Shown: positions 20,985 to 34,153 of the stretch, piece after piece
Layout of the letters: every line of letters begins with the position of its first letter
Position numbering within the stretch: position 1 is the first letter of the stretch
Source of the DNA: Shigella phage ESh26
Strand: one strand, 5' to 3'
Length of the DNA stretch: 64,000 nucleotides
Sequence record: ON528736
Translations under genes and position numbers: made by a program
The notes under the pieces: model-generated
The model's input: the letters and a program-made list of their open reading frames with translations, nothing else
What the model was told of the DNA's origin: nothing
Databases searched by the model: none

Positions 20985-21334
20985 TTAGAAAGGTCCTGGA
21001 TGTCTTCTGCGAACTTGTTGAAGGAGTTGTTGATTTGTTTTTCAACCAATCCTGGCTTATGAGCCACCACATCCGCCTTCTTTGCGTCTTTGCGCAGTTT
21101 TTCATTTTCACGCTCAATAGCAGCAATTGCCTCACGATTTTTATTATTCATCGCATCAATATAATTATACTGAATTCGCAAATTATTTAATGCTAAAGCG
21201 TTTTCATTGGCCGTTTTTGTAATTTCTACAACAGACGTTTCTAATCTTTCAATTTTATTTTTTAAAATTAAAGAAGTTCCGCCCAATGCAATTACAATTA
21301 ATAGCAAGCCTGTTGTCGTATTACTTAATTGCAT
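20981..21334 (-). CDS. Membrane-anchored coiled-coil protein (117 aa)
   Basis: N-terminal hydrophobic segment LLLIVIALGGTSLIL followed by heptad-like charged region. Confidence 0.5.
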   Translation of the reverse strand: MQLSNTTTGLLLIVIALGGTSLILKNKIERLETSVVEITKTANENALALNNLRIQYNYIDAMNNKNREAIAAIERENEKLRKDAKKADVVAHKPGLVEKQINNSFNKFAEDIQDLSK

Positions 21335-21831
21335 AAAGTTTTAATAACCTCTATAATATCGTCTTGAGAAAGACCGTTAATTAAAATATGATGTTCAGCA
21401 GGAGATTTAGAAATTTTAAAGCATGCCTCAACATCTTCTGCCATATCCGATGCACTACGATTTGGATTACTAATTCCAAGACGATGTTTTCCCGTTAAAG
21501 GATTAACGATTATATAGCATTTACAGTTGTTAATATGAACATTAGGTTGAGTCTGATTAATGAATACATCACAATCATATTTCGCAAGCTGATTTTCTAA
21601 AAAGACTTTCATCTCCTCAACCGCATCAGGAAGCATATCACGGGCTTGCTCAAGACGACGATTTCGATATTCTTTAATGGTCGTTTTCCGCTTGACTTGT
21701 TTAGCTAAATCTTTCTTAAGATCGGTGATATATCCAACTCGACGATTTCCTTTAAATACAGAAATCCCATCTGTAGTATCACCGTATGCTTCAACGACCA
21801 TCTCAGTAGTAATAAGCTGCAAATCCATCAT
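21325..21831 (-). CDS. alc: Alc, inhibitor of host transcription
   Basis: About 167 aa; position between rnlA and pseT cluster as in T4. Confidence 0.8.
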   Translation of the reverse strand: MMDLQLITTEMVVEAYGDTTDGISVFKGNRRVGYITDLKKDLAKQVKRKTTIKEYRNRRLEQARDMLPDAVEEMKVFLENQLAKYDCDVFINQTQPNVHINNCKCYIIVNPLTGKHRLGISNPNRSASDMAEDVEACFKISKSPAEHHILINGLSQDDIIEVIKTLCN

Positions 21832-21857
21832 AAAGTCCTCATGTTATGTCAGTAAGA

Positions 21858-21892
21858 CTACTATAACACAACACGAGGGACTTGTAAACAGC
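21858..21892 (-). promoter_or_regulatory. Early promoter (GTTTAC-N18-TATAGT), second copy of the duplicated leader cassette
   Basis: About 50 bp nearly identical to 6312-6371 including the Shine-Dalgarno region. Confidence 0.5.
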
Positions 21893-23480
<1,588 letters not shown>

Positions 23481-23507
23481 AATAAAATGGGCCTTGCGGC
23501 CCACTCC

Positions 23508-24677
23508 TTAAAAATATTTTTTAAAACTCATCATAACTTTATCATCAACATCATTATCAATCTGTGCTACAAGGTAAGATGACAGTTCTACTTCTTGTGG
23601 CGCGGATTGAACATTATCAGAATTAAGATATTCACGAATCCAAGGATACGGGTGTTTAACCGGAGCATCGGTAATTGGGCATGGAAGACCGCACTGTTTC
23701 ATACGAGATACAGTTAAGTAATCAATAAAGCTCCACATGCTATTTGTATTTAATCCAGGAACATCGCCATCTTTAAATAAATGAACTGCCCAGTCTTTTT
23801 CTTGGCGGTTGACTTCCATAAAAATATCAACTGCTTCTTGTTCACACTCTTGGGCGATTTTAACCCATTCATCACCATCAGTGCCAAGTTGAAGTTGACG
23901 AATAATATATTGGGTACCTTTAAGGTGAAGCTGTTCATCACGAGCAATGAACTTCATAATCTTGGCATTACCTTCCATGATTTCCATGTTTTTATGGAAG
24001 TTAAAGGTACATGCGAAAGATACATAAAAACGAATAGCTTCCAATGCGTTGATTACATGAAGGCAAAGATAAAGAGATTTCATTAGTGCCCGTTTAGTAT
24101 ATTCAACAACTTTGCCTAGCTCTTCTTTATGAAATCCTTCTGATAAAATTCCTTCATAATCTTCAACCGCATTCTGATATTCACGAGTCTTAACTAGAAC
24201 ATCATCGTAATAGCGACCAATGGACTCGGCACGTTTCATAATAGCTTTATCTAATACAATCTCATCAAATACCTTTGATGGATCAGTATAAAGATTTCGC
24301 ATGATATGAGTGTATGAACGACTGTGAATAGTTTCACTAAAAGTCCATGTAGCAACCCATGTATCAAGGCTTGGGTCTGAAATTAACGACATAAGTACAG
24401 CAGACGGTGCACGGCCCTGAATGCTATCTAAAAGTGATTGATACTTCAGGTTATTAGTAAAAATATCTTGCTGATACTGAGGAAGCTTGTTAAATTGTGC
24501 AGCATCCATCATTAAGTTTACTTCTTCAGGACGCCAGAAAAATGACAACTGCTTTTCGGTTAAATCTTCAAAAACTTTATGACGTTGAATATCATAACGC
24601 GCAATACCAAGACCTGAACCGAAGAACATGGGTTCTTTTAAAACATCAACTGGATTTGTATTAAAAACTGTGCTCAT
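23508..24677 (-). CDS. nrdB: Ribonucleotide reductase small subunit, uninterrupted
   Basis: 389 aa continuous ORF; no intron or I-TevIII-like ORF. Confidence 0.9.
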   Translation of the reverse strand: MSTVFNTNPVDVLKEPMFFGSGLGIARYDIQRHKVFEDLTEKQLSFFWRPEEVNLMMDAAQFNKLPQYQQDIFTNNLKYQSLLDSIQGRAPSAVLMSLISDPSLDTWVATWTFSETIHSRSYTHIMRNLYTDPSKVFDEIVLDKAIMKRAESIGRYYDDVLVKTREYQNAVEDYEGILSEGFHKEELGKVVEYTKRALMKSLYLCLHVINALEAIRFYVSFACTFNFHKNMEIMEGNAKIMKFIARDEQLHLKGTQYIIRQLQLGTDGDEWVKIAQECEQEAVDIFMEVNRQEKDWAVHLFKDGDVPGLNTNSMWSFIDYLTVSRMKQCGLPCPITDAPVKHPYPWIREYLNSDNVQSAPQEVELSSYLVAQIDNDVDDKVMMSFKKYF

Positions 24678-24728
24678 AAATTTTCCGCTTAGTTAATAGA
24701 TAGTGACTCGTCCGTGAGTCAAATTATA

Positions 24729-26993
24729 TCATAATTTACAGGATGAACAATCTTCAGCTTTTGGAGTTTCTATTTCATAATCATCAGTACCAGAACCGTC
24801 ACGGGTATTATGATAATAGAAATTTTTTCCGCCAAAATACCAAAAATATAAAAGGTCATCAATCATTATTGACATTGGAACCTTTCCTTTTGGAAAAATC
24901 TGCGGGTCATAATATGTATTCGCTGAAGCTGATTGACATACCCATTTTAGCATAATAGCTACCTGCGTAAGATAAGGTTTATTACCTTTCTTGGCTAATT
25001 TCCACGTATAATCATATAGGTCTATGTTATGCTCAATATTGGGCACGACTTGATTAAAGGAACCCTCTTTTGATTCTTTAACAGAGACTGGTCCACGTGG
25101 AGGCTCGATACCGTTTGTACTGTTAGAAACTTGGGAAGATGACTCACATGGCATAAGTGCTGATAATGTGCTATTACGGATGCCAAAGAGCTTAAGGTCT
25201 TCCCGCAGCGACGACCAGTCACAAACGTATTTTGGAGCTGCGATTTGGTCAATCTTTTTATTGTACCAGTCGATAGGTAATTCGCCTCGAGACCAACGAG
25301 TGTCTGAATAATATTCGCAAGGTCCTTTTTCTTTGGCGAGCTTAATGGATGCTTTAATGAGTCCATACTGTAATCTCTCAAATAGTTCATGTGTTAAATC
25401 GTTAGCATCTTCATAAGAAGCAAAATTACTTGCCAGCCAAGCTGCATAGTTAGTAACACCTACGCCAAGGTTTCGACGCTTTTTAGCTTTTTCTGCTTCA
25501 GGAACCGGATATCCTTGGTAATCTAAAAGATTATCAAGAGCACGAACTTGGACTTCTGCCAATTCATTAATTTTATCTTGGTCTTGCCAATCGAAGTTAT
25601 CTAGCACAAATGCAGATAACGTACACAATCCAATTTCAGCATCAGGACTATTCACATCATTTGTTGGAATAGCAATTTCACAGCACAAGTTGCTCTGACG
25701 AATAGGTGCCTTTTCACGAATAAATGGCGTATAGTTATTCGTATTATCAATGAACTGCACATAAATCCTTGCTGTTCCTGAGCGTTCAGTCATTAGCAAT
25801 TCAAACAGTTCACGGGCTTTAATACGCTTTTTACGAATATTAGGGTCTTTTTCTGCGGCTTCATATAATTCACGGAAACGGTCTTGGTCTTTAAAATAAG
25901 AATAATAAAGTTCGCCACCCATTTCATGCGGACTGAACAAAGTAATGTAGTCGTTCTTTCCAAAACGTTCCATCATTAGGTCATTCAGTTGAACGCCATA
26001 ATCCATATGACGAATACGGTTTTCTTCTACGCCTTTGTTATTTTTCAAAACGAGAAGATTTTCAACTTCCAAATGCCAAATAGGATAATAAGCAGTAGCA
26101 GCGCCGCCACGAATTCCACCCTGTGAGCATGATTTAACAGCAGTCTGAAAATGTTTCCAAAAAGGAATAACACCAGTATGACGTACTTCACCTGTGCCAA
26201 TCTTAGAACCTTCGGCACGAATCATACCAACGTTAATACCAATTCCAGCGCGTTTGGAGATATATTCAACAATTGAAGCGGAAGCCTTATTGATAGACTT
26301 CAGCGAATCACCTGCCTCAATAACAACGCATGAACTAAACTGCCGAGTTGGAGTACGGCAACCAGCCATAATAGGAGTTGGTAGTGAAATCTGTCGAGTA
26401 GATACCGCTTCATAAAAACGAATAACGTGTTTTAGTCTATCAACAGGTTCATCTTGATGCAATGCCATTCCAATAGTCATAAATGCAAACTGCGGAGTTT
26501 CATAAATTTGACCAGTGGTTTTATCTTTAACGAGATATTTTTCTTTTAATTGCATCGCCCCGGAATAAGTAAATTCCATATCCCGTTCGTGCTTAATTTT
26601 TGATTCTAAAAATGTAATTTCTTCTGCTGAATATTTTGACAACAATTCAGGGTCGTATTTACCTTCATTTACACAGTAAGAAATATGGTCAATAAATGAA
26701 CGTGGTTCATACTGTCCATAAACATGCTTACGAAGAGCGAACATTAAACAGCGTGCAGCTACATATTGATAATCAGGCTCTTCAACTGAAATAGAATTCG
26801 CAGCAGCCTTAATTACAATAGTTTGAATGTCATCAGTGGTCATTCCATCACGGAGATATGATTTAATATTTTCATATAATTCATAAGGATCTACAGATGT
26901 TCCTTCAGCTGCCCAAGATAAAACTTTAATAATTTTTTGCGGGTCAAAGCTCTGAGAAACACCACTACTTTTGATAACATTAATTAATTGCAT
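24729..26993 (-). CDS. nrdA: Ribonucleotide reductase large subunit
   Basis: 754 aa as in T4 NrdA; active-site region NLCCEI. Confidence 0.95.
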   Translation of the reverse strand: MQLINVIKSSGVSQSFDPQKIIKVLSWAAEGTSVDPYELYENIKSYLRDGMTTDDIQTIVIKAAANSISVEEPDYQYVAARCLMFALRKHVYGQYEPRSFIDHISYCVNEGKYDPELLSKYSAEEITFLESKIKHERDMEFTYSGAMQLKEKYLVKDKTTGQIYETPQFAFMTIGMALHQDEPVDRLKHVIRFYEAVSTRQISLPTPIMAGCRTPTRQFSSCVVIEAGDSLKSINKASASIVEYISKRAGIGINVGMIRAEGSKIGTGEVRHTGVIPFWKHFQTAVKSCSQGGIRGGAATAYYPIWHLEVENLLVLKNNKGVEENRIRHMDYGVQLNDLMMERFGKNDYITLFSPHEMGGELYYSYFKDQDRFRELYEAAEKDPNIRKKRIKARELFELLMTERSGTARIYVQFIDNTNNYTPFIREKAPIRQSNLCCEIAIPTNDVNSPDAEIGLCTLSAFVLDNFDWQDQDKINELAEVQVRALDNLLDYQGYPVPEAEKAKKRRNLGVGVTNYAAWLASNFASYEDANDLTHELFERLQYGLIKASIKLAKEKGPCEYYSDTRWSRGELPIDWYNKKIDQIAAPKYVCDWSSLREDLKLFGIRNSTLSALMPCESSSQVSNSTNGIEPPRGPVSVKESKEGSFNQVVPNIEHNIDLYDYTWKLAKKGNKPYLTQVAIMLKWVCQSASANTYYDPQIFPKGKVPMSIMIDDLLYFWYFGGKNFYYHNTRDGSGTDDYEIETPKAEDCSSCKL

Positions 26994-27310
26994 AAGTCCT
27001 CAACTTGAAAATCGTCTTTAAACAATCGGTTAACTATATGAGCTATTATATCACCATGACACGGCTTTGGTTTACATGTGCATCCTAGCCTCATTCCACG
27101 TAAAGGCTCTAAATGTGCTTTAGTTATTTCTCCGGATTTAATTCGACGTATAAAATCTTTTTTGAATAATTCAATGGCAGCCTCCCGGCTGCCAGCATCT
27201 TTACCGACGTAATTTCCCCAAAATGTACCACGGTGAATATTAACATCAAAGTCGGATTTATATTTATTCACTACCTGGCATAGACGGCCCGCGCGGTAAT
27301 AATTCGTCAT
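26984..27310 (-). CDS. Hypothetical protein (108 aa), cysteine-containing
   Basis: ORF between td and nrdA. Confidence 0.5.
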   Translation of the reverse strand: MTNYYRAGRLCQVVNKYKSDFDVNIHRGTFWGNYVGKDAGSREAAIELFKKDFIRRIKSGEITKAHLEPLRGMRLGCTCKPKPCHGDIIAHIVNRLFKDDFQVEDLCN

Positions 27311-27539
27311 ATTGTTGTTCCGTTAAAACAGTAATATCATAGTAGCAATCAGAAGAAGTTTTAACTGTGGAAATTTTATTATCAAAATACTCACGAGTCA
27401 TTTTATGGGTATAATACTTTTTACCATAAATGATAATAGGTTGTTCTGGTCCTGGAACTTCTAACTCGCTTGGATTAGGAAGTGTAAAAAGAACGACACC
27501 AGAAGTATCCTTAAATCGTAAAATCATATATCCTCTCAA
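27264..27539 (-). CDS. Hypothetical protein (91 aa)
   Basis: ORF between td and nrdA. Confidence 0.45.
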   Translation of the reverse strand: MRGYMILRFKDTSGVVLFTLPNPSELEVPGPEQPIIIYGKKYYTHKMTREYFDNKISTVKTSSDCYYDITVLTEQQYDELLPRGPSMPGSE

Positions 27540-27550
27540 TTAAATTAAAA

Positions 27551-28410
27551 TTACACCGCCATCTTTCCTTTAATTGGCGGGTGAGATACGTAGTTGTTAA
27601 GAACAAAATTATGTGGCTTTGCGAATTGACTCAACCAAAATACCTGTGATTCTGTGTCCCATTCATCAAATTCATCTGGAAATTTTAATTGTAATTCGCA
27701 TAAATCCATAGGTTCACGACGCAAAAGTTCTTTACATTGTTCTACGTGATTCATATAGATATGAGTATTACCACCAGAAAATATCAAATCTCCTGGAATA
27801 AGATTACACATCTTAGCTACAATATGAACTAACGTAGCATATGATGCAATATTAAATGGAAGACCGAGGAAAACATCTACCGAACGTTGATACCACTGCA
27901 AATCCAAATAGCCATTACGTACGTTAAATTGATAGAACATATGACAAGGCGGTAATGCCATATATTTAAGTTCAGCTGGATTCCATGCAGAAACAATTTG
28001 ACGCCTATCATTTGGCAGTTTTTTAATACGATCAACAACTTCTATAATTTGGTCTACACCACCAAAATCGCGCCATTGTTTTCCATAAATTGGACCAAGT
28101 TCACCGCTATGGTATCCTAAATCTTTTGCTTGATTTTCGTAATTTTCATCCCAAACTGTTTTACCTTGAATTAATGAATCATGTTGAATTAATCGTAAAT
28201 CATTGACATTCGTGCTTCCCGATAAAAACCATATTAGCTCAGCAATACAAGCTTTCCAGGCGAGCTTCTTAGTCGTTACTGCAGGAAAACCTTTAGTTAA
28301 ATCCCAGCGTAATTTAGTACCGAACAAAGCAATTGTTCCTGTGCCTGTTCGGTCATCGGTTTCATAACCGTTTTCCAGGATATCTTTAATTAAAAATTGG
28401 TATTGTTTCA

Positions 28411-28411
<1 letters not shown>
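27551..28411 (-). CDS. td: Thymidylate synthase, uninterrupted
   Basis: 286 aa from internal ATG (MKQYQ...); no intron; conserved LPPCH motif. Confidence 0.9.
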
Positions 28412-29443
<1,032 letters not shown>

Positions 29444-29454
29444 ATTATCTCCTA

Positions 29455-29787
29455 TTAAAAAGGATCAGGAACATATCCACTAGCTTTAATCATTTTAACT
29501 AATGTTACCATTCCTTTGTTAACTGCTTGTGAGATTTCATCAAAAACTTCATCATTAAAAAGTTCTAGCACACCCTTCTGAACTTTTAATTTACAGCCAA
29601 CAATTTCGTCATCGCCTATAGTAAATTCATTACCGCCAATTCCACCGAAAAACTTAATTACTCCAGTTAACTGTCTTCCACGAGAATATGGGTCATGTGA
29701 TAAAGTAATATGAGTCACCCCAGGTACAGTTTTAAATTGACAGCGAATGTTTACTTGAGAAATTCCAGTTACATGAATGTCAGACAT
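29455..29787 (-). CDS. Hypothetical protein (110 aa)
   Basis: ORF in the frd-32 variable cluster. Confidence 0.5.
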   Translation of the reverse strand: MSDIHVTGISQVNIRCQFKTVPGVTHITLSHDPYSRGRQLTGVIKFFGGIGGNEFTIGDDEIVGCKLKVQKGVLELFNDEVFDEISQAVNKGMVTLVKMIKASGYVPDPF

Positions 29788-29797
29788 AATATTTTCC

Positions 29798-30040
29798 TCA
29801 AACAGACTTTTTCACAGTTTTCCAATCAGCTTTAAACTGATCAACATCAGAATGGTAAATCCAGAATCCTGCGCTTTCTCCATCTTCATAAAGAGGACAT
29901 CCATCGCATTCATCTTCCCATCCCATATCACGCAAAAGATGTTCAGCTTTTTCAACAAGTTCAGAATCTTTACCGATGATATTAAAATACCATTTACCTC
30001 TAACTTCTGAATCTTTAATGCTCTGACGTTGTAATCTCAT
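29798..30040 (-). CDS. Hypothetical protein (80 aa)
   Basis: ATG start downstream of an early promoter. Confidence 0.5.
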   Translation of the reverse strand: MRLQRQSIKDSEVRGKWYFNIIGKDSELVEKAEHLLRDMGWEDECDGCPLYEDGESAGFWIYHSDVDQFKADWKTVKKSV

Positions 30041-30065
30041 TTTATTCTCCTTAGTTGATAGGGTA

Positions 30066-30095
30066 ATAGTATCACACTACTACCCTTTTGTAAAC
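30066..30095 (-). promoter_or_regulatory. Early promoter (GTTTAC-N18-TACTAT) with flanking inverted repeat agggta/taccct
   Basis: Read on the reverse complement. Confidence 0.5.
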
Positions 30096-30460
30096 TACTT
30101 TTTGAAAGTTTTTCGCAAAAGTTCAATGATTTCGTCTACATTATTTTCGTCAACAATGCAGTGAATTTTTGTTACGCCAGAAACCTTGTCTTCGACTTCA
30201 TCTTCTTCGGAAGTCGGTTCTTTATACTCACGAAAACAATGAAATTCATCTTCGCAGACGTTAAAGTAAAAATGCTTTCCATTTGCGCATTCAATGTGTT
30301 TTATTACTTTAAATCCGTCAGCAAAGAAAGATTCTTTAACTTCAAACCATCCGCCATTTTCTTGAATAATTTTAACTATTGATGAATTAGAACGTGGGCG
30401 ATAACTAATAAATGTATCAATAAGTCTTGGAACAAGCTCATACTTTTTGCCATTATACAT
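30095..30460 (-). CDS. Hypothetical protein (121 aa), Cys/His-containing
   Basis: ORF. Confidence 0.5.
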   Translation of the reverse strand: MYNGKKYELVPRLIDTFISYRPRSNSSIVKIIQENGGWFEVKESFFADGFKVIKHIECANGKHFYFNVCEDEFHCFREYKEPTSEEDEVEDKVSGVTKIHCIVDENNVDEIIELLRKTFKK

Positions 30461-30503
30461 TACGTTTTCCTCATTTTAACGGGCTGTAATAGCCCCTTGA
30501 TAA

Positions 30504-30755
30504 TTATTGTTCAATCAATCCCATGTAAAATTCTGCGTCTTCAGAATCCATGCCGTCACAATACTCATTAGCCATAAAGCGGGTGAGGTCTTCAAGAGGA
30601 CCTTCAATGACAATAGAAAAATTGCAATAATTGGGATCATCGTGAATACTTGTGATACTAAGTTCAGAATAACGATTACGAATAATTTCTTCAATATATT
30701 CAAAATCAACGATGTCAATATCAACTTTAGCCATATTATTTTCCTCTTTAATCAT
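30504..30755 (-). CDS. Hypothetical acidic protein (83 aa)
   Basis: ORF downstream of a promoter cassette. Confidence 0.5.
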   Translation of the reverse strand: MIKEENNMAKVDIDIVDFEYIEEIIRNRYSELSITSIHDDPNYCNFSIVIEGPLEDLTRFMANEYCDGMDSEDAEFYMGLIEQ

Positions 30756-30764
30756 CAGCAGTAT

Positions 30765-30800
30765 TGCCGATAGTTGTATAGTACCATAAAGCTTTATGCT
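30765..30800 (-). promoter_or_regulatory. Early promoter (GTTTAC-N18-TACTAT), part of a three-copy conserved cassette
   Basis: Reverse complement ...ttttttcacaaaacggTTTACA...ggTACTATacaactatc. Confidence 0.5.
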
Positions 30801-30835
30801 TGTAAACCGTTTTGTGAAAAAATTTTTGAAATAAA

Positions 30836-30860
30836 AAAGGGGACCTCTAGGGTCCCCAAT
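30836..30860 (-). terminator. Rho-independent terminator downstream of gene 32
   Basis: Hairpin ggggaccctagaggtcccc followed by a T-run on the minus strand. Confidence 0.55.
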
Positions 30861-30879
30861 TAATTAGTAATATAATCTA

Positions 30880-31788
30880 TTAAAGGTCATTCAAAAGGTC
30901 ATCCAGGTCCGTGTCATCAGCACTAGATGAACTGCCAGAGCTTGAGCTCATAAAATCATCTTCAGTTTTTGTATTGAAGTCATCAACATTGAATGCATCC
31001 AAATCATCAGCAACTTTATCAGCTTTCTTAGCGGCAGTTGCTGCGGCACCACCCATAGCAGCAGTTCCCATAACTTGACTGAACTTAGTGCTCAGTTCTT
31101 CAAACGATTTGAATTTATCTTTAGAAGTCATTTCAGAAAGGTCAACCATTTGTTCGAACAGTTCTTTCTGGAAAGATTCATCATCAATGTTTGGAATCGC
31201 AGATTGATTCAGGAATTTAGATTCGTCGTAGTTACTAAAACCAGAAACTTGTTTAACTTTCAGTACAAAGTTAGCACCTTCCCACGGACAAGTTACATCA
31301 ACCGGAGTTTCACCCATTTCAACATCAACTGCAATCATTGCATTGATTTTATCCCAGATTTTCTTACCGAAGCGGTATTTAAATACTTTACCTTCATTTT
31401 CTGGAGCAGCTGGGTCTTTTACTACAAGAATGTTAGCCCAGTAAGAAGTTTTACGTTTAACAAGACCGTACTCTTTATTGTCAGTATTGTACAAATCATT
31501 TTTACTGATGTACTGACATACTGGACAAGAATCGTAATCACCGTGGGTAGATGAACAGTTTTCAATATACCATTTACCATTTTTCTTGAAACCGTGATTT
31601 ACAAGAATTGCGAATGGTGCTTGTTCATCATTTTTAGACGGAAGAAAACGAATTACTGCTTGACCGTTACCCGCATTATCGAGTTTCAGTTTCCACTCGC
31701 CTTTATCTTCAGAAGAAAAACCACCTTTATTTCCAGCCAGTTTAGCCATTTGTGCAGCGAGTTCAGCAGTAGATTTACGTTTAAACAT
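30880..31788 (-). CDS. 32: Single-stranded DNA-binding protein gp32
   Basis: 301-302 aa; [17 protein letters not shown]..., acidic serine-rich C-terminus; matches T4 gp32 as recalled. Confidence 0.95.
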   Translation of the reverse strand: MFKRKSTAELAAQMAKLAGNKGGFSSEDKGEWKLKLDNAGNGQAVIRFLPSKNDEQAPFAILVNHGFKKNGKWYIENCSSTHGDYDSCPVCQYISKNDLYNTDNKEYGLVKRKTSYWANILVVKDPAAPENEGKVFKYRFGKKIWDKINAMIAVDVEMGETPVDVTCPWEGANFVLKVKQVSGFSNYDESKFLNQSAIPNIDDESFQKELFEQMVDLSEMTSKDKFKSFEELSTKFSQVMGTAAMGGAAATAAKKADKVADDLDAFNVDDFNTKTEDDFMSSSSGSSSSADDTDLDDLLNDL

Positions 31789-31887
31789 TTTTATTTCCTT
31801 TTTAATTTAATTAACAGTTGGTGCTATGACGATGTATGACCTCATAGCTGGTCAGTGAGATAATTATAATATATTTATAATAAGCAA
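31789..31887 (-). promoter_or_regulatory. Gene 32 leader: A/U-rich translational operator region plus late promoter TATAAATA
   Basis: Reverse complement contains TATAAATA (about 31872-31879) and an unstructured A/U-rich run upstream of the gene 32 ATG. Confidence 0.5.
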
Positions 31888-32541
31888 TTAATACTTACAA
31901 GATTTCACAGTTTCAATAAAAACACTTTTAGCTTTCTGTGAATCAATATTTAAAATTTTTCTATAAGCCTTTAACTTTATAGAATAATTATTCCAGACTA
32001 AATTATCAGTCTGTTCATCATGTTTATCAATTATATTTAAAAACGAATCAAGCAAGATAAACGTCTCAAACGAAATTATATTCGATTGAAGTAGTTTAAA
32101 AATATAACTTGATTGAACTTTTGGATTATACTCAAAGATTTCTTTAAAAGCAGAAACTTCAACTTTTTTACTAAAATAATAAATGTTGCGAATATCTTCT
32201 TCAAACTTAAATTTAATTTGCTTTAAGCGTCCGATATATTCACGATAAAACACAAGTGCATCAGCGTCAGAGATGTCACCAATCCAAGCATCTTGGTTAG
32301 CAACAAGATTGCTTATAAAGATTAAAGCAAGTTCCTTTAATTTATATTTTTCTGATAACTTCTGGAAAAAATACTTATCCCTTCGCTTTTGATAAGCGGC
32401 ATCAGACACCCGCATGCACCAATTATACTTAATTACATCATACTTTCCATTCATATGTTGTTTTATCATTAAGTATAATTTATAAACTGATTTACCATCA
32501 ATGTATCTTTCACCACCAGCAGGCATGCGGAGTTTAATCAT
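31888..32541 (-). CDS. 59: Helicase loader gp59
   Basis: 217 aa as in T4 gp59; synteny 32-59-33. Confidence 0.9.
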   Translation of the reverse strand: MIKLRMPAGGERYIDGKSVYKLYLMIKQHMNGKYDVIKYNWCMRVSDAAYQKRRDKYFFQKLSEKYKLKELALIFISNLVANQDAWIGDISDADALVFYREYIGRLKQIKFKFEEDIRNIYYFSKKVEVSAFKEIFEYNPKVQSSYIFKLLQSNIISFETFILLDSFLNIIDKHDEQTDNLVWNNYSIKLKAYRKILNIDSQKAKSVFIETVKSCKY

Positions 32542-32876
32542 AGTAGAAAATCTAATGTATTAGTTTTTTCACAACGAACAACAGAAGGACGTAAAAGATT
32601 TTCGTCAATAGCTTCTGACTGAATTTTTTCAATTATACCCGAAGGAATAAATTTAGCAAATTGAGTTTCAGGAATAGAATTTTCTTCTAAGAATGCTGTT
32701 GTAGCTTCAAGATAACTCATTCCAAACTCTTCTACCATTTTTTCAATAATAAATCCATTTTCTTGACGGTCAAGAAGCTTTGCAATTTCATCCTTTTCTT
32801 TCTTAATTGAAAGTTCTTTTTCTGAAAGACCGGTCTCATCGACCGGACGAATATCATTTAGAGAAAACTGTGTCAT
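32538..32876 (-). CDS. 33: Late transcription co-activator gp33
   Basis: 112 aa from internal ATG (MTQFSLNDIRPVDE...). Confidence 0.85.
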   Translation of the reverse strand: MTQFSLNDIRPVDETGLSEKELSIKKEKDEIAKLLDRQENGFIIEKMVEEFGMSYLEATTAFLEENSIPETQFAKFIPSGIIEKIQSEAIDENLLRPSVVRCEKTNTLDFLL

Positions 32877-33123
32877 AAAGTTCAACTACCTCTTCAGTTT
32901 CAGCTTCAAACACATCACGGTTATCTTTATGATACAAAGCTAACAGACGATTAAACATCTTACCATCAACGCCAAGTTCATCTTTGGCACGAATTCGAAT
33001 ATCTTTAATCAATTCATTATAACCAGAAATTTTCAGTTTATGATCAGATGCTTCTTTAATAAATTTAGCCAAGTCTTCGCCATGGATAGCTTCATCAAAT
33101 TCAACCATTTCTTTTTTAGCCAT
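32854..33123 (-). CDS. dsbA: dsDNA-binding protein DsbA (late transcription enhancer)
   Basis: 89 aa as in T4 DsbA; between rnh and 33. Confidence 0.8.
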   Translation of the reverse strand: MAKKEMVEFDEAIHGEDLAKFIKEASDHKLKISGYNELIKDIRIRAKDELGVDGKMFNRLLALYHKDNRDVFEAETEEVVELYDTVFSK

Positions 33124-33131
33124 TATTCACC

Positions 33132-34049
33132 TCAAAATTCATTAATGCTATTAGTTAATTTAGAAAGACCCGCTTTTACAAAATATGAATAAATTTTGCC
33201 ACGCGGCGGTAATTTATATGAATTATAGTAATTCACAATGTTTGAAGCAATATTATCAGGAATATAATCAAAATCAATTAGAACTAAATTTTCTTTATAT
33301 CGATTATATTCAGATTCAGTGAGAAGCACCTTAGCTTGCTCGCGGTCATTAGCAATAGCTTCAACAATAGAGGTTTTCATTGAAGGAGTTCGTTCACCTT
33401 CAACTCTGGTAAACCAAAAGTCAGATCGTACTTTAACTGAAGCAACGTTATCCTTTTTGTCACCTTTAAGGATTTTAGTCATACAGTCAATTTCAGCAGA
33501 ACCGCTTTTAATTTTAACCCATTTCTTGTGCATCGGTGACCATTGCTTAACATTTGGGTATTTATGAAGTTGAGTAAAGTCACCATCCGATGAAATGATT
33601 AAAATCTTGTGTCCTTCTAAAGAGAACTTTTTAACAAGAACAGCAATATGGTCATCTGCTTCATACTTATCAATATCCATAACAATGTATGGCATATAAG
33701 CTTTCAATTCATCTATAACTTTATGACTGGATTCAAAATAACCTTCCCAGTCCCAAGTAGATTCTTCTCGTGCTTTTCCACGGTTTTTCTTATAATAATA
33801 AGCAAAATCACGACGCCAGTATCCAGATTTCGCATTATCAATACACAGTACAATTTTAGTGTATCCAAGAGCTTTTGCTTTTTTGACATTAAACTTAATT
33901 GAGTTCAATATCAAATGACGAACCATTGATAAATTAATTTTTTCTTTATCTGGAAAGTTTACCAAAGCAGTTGAAAGCGCAATTTGACTAAAGTCAATTA
34001 AGCAGATTCCTTCTTTGTAATCTTCATCCAGCATCATTTCTAAATCCAT
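33132..34049 (-). CDS. rnh: RNase H / 5'-3' flap exonuclease
   Basis: 305 aa from internal ATG (MDLEMMLDEDYKEGICLIDF...); matches T4 RNase H as recalled. Confidence 0.9.
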   Translation of the reverse strand: MDLEMMLDEDYKEGICLIDFSQIALSTALVNFPDKEKINLSMVRHLILNSIKFNVKKAKALGYTKIVLCIDNAKSGYWRRDFAYYYKKNRGKAREESTWDWEGYFESSHKVIDELKAYMPYIVMDIDKYEADDHIAVLVKKFSLEGHKILIISSDGDFTQLHKYPNVKQWSPMHKKWVKIKSGSAEIDCMTKILKGDKKDNVASVKVRSDFWFTRVEGERTPSMKTSIVEAIANDREQAKVLLTESEYNRYKENLVLIDFDYIPDNIASNIVNYYNSYKLPPRGKIYSYFVKAGLSKLTNSINEF

Positions 34050-34111
34050 ATGAACCTCGTTCAATTAGTGAGATTTCTATTATATACCATCCAAATCTTA
34101 AAGTAAACAAG

Positions 34112-34119
34112 TATAAATA
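34112..34119 (+). promoter_or_regulatory. Late promoter TATAAATA for gene 34
   Basis: Exact TATAAATA about 35 bp upstream of the gene 34 ATG. Confidence 0.6.
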
Positions 34120-34153
34120 CTTATTATTGAAAACACAATAGGAGCCCGGGAGA

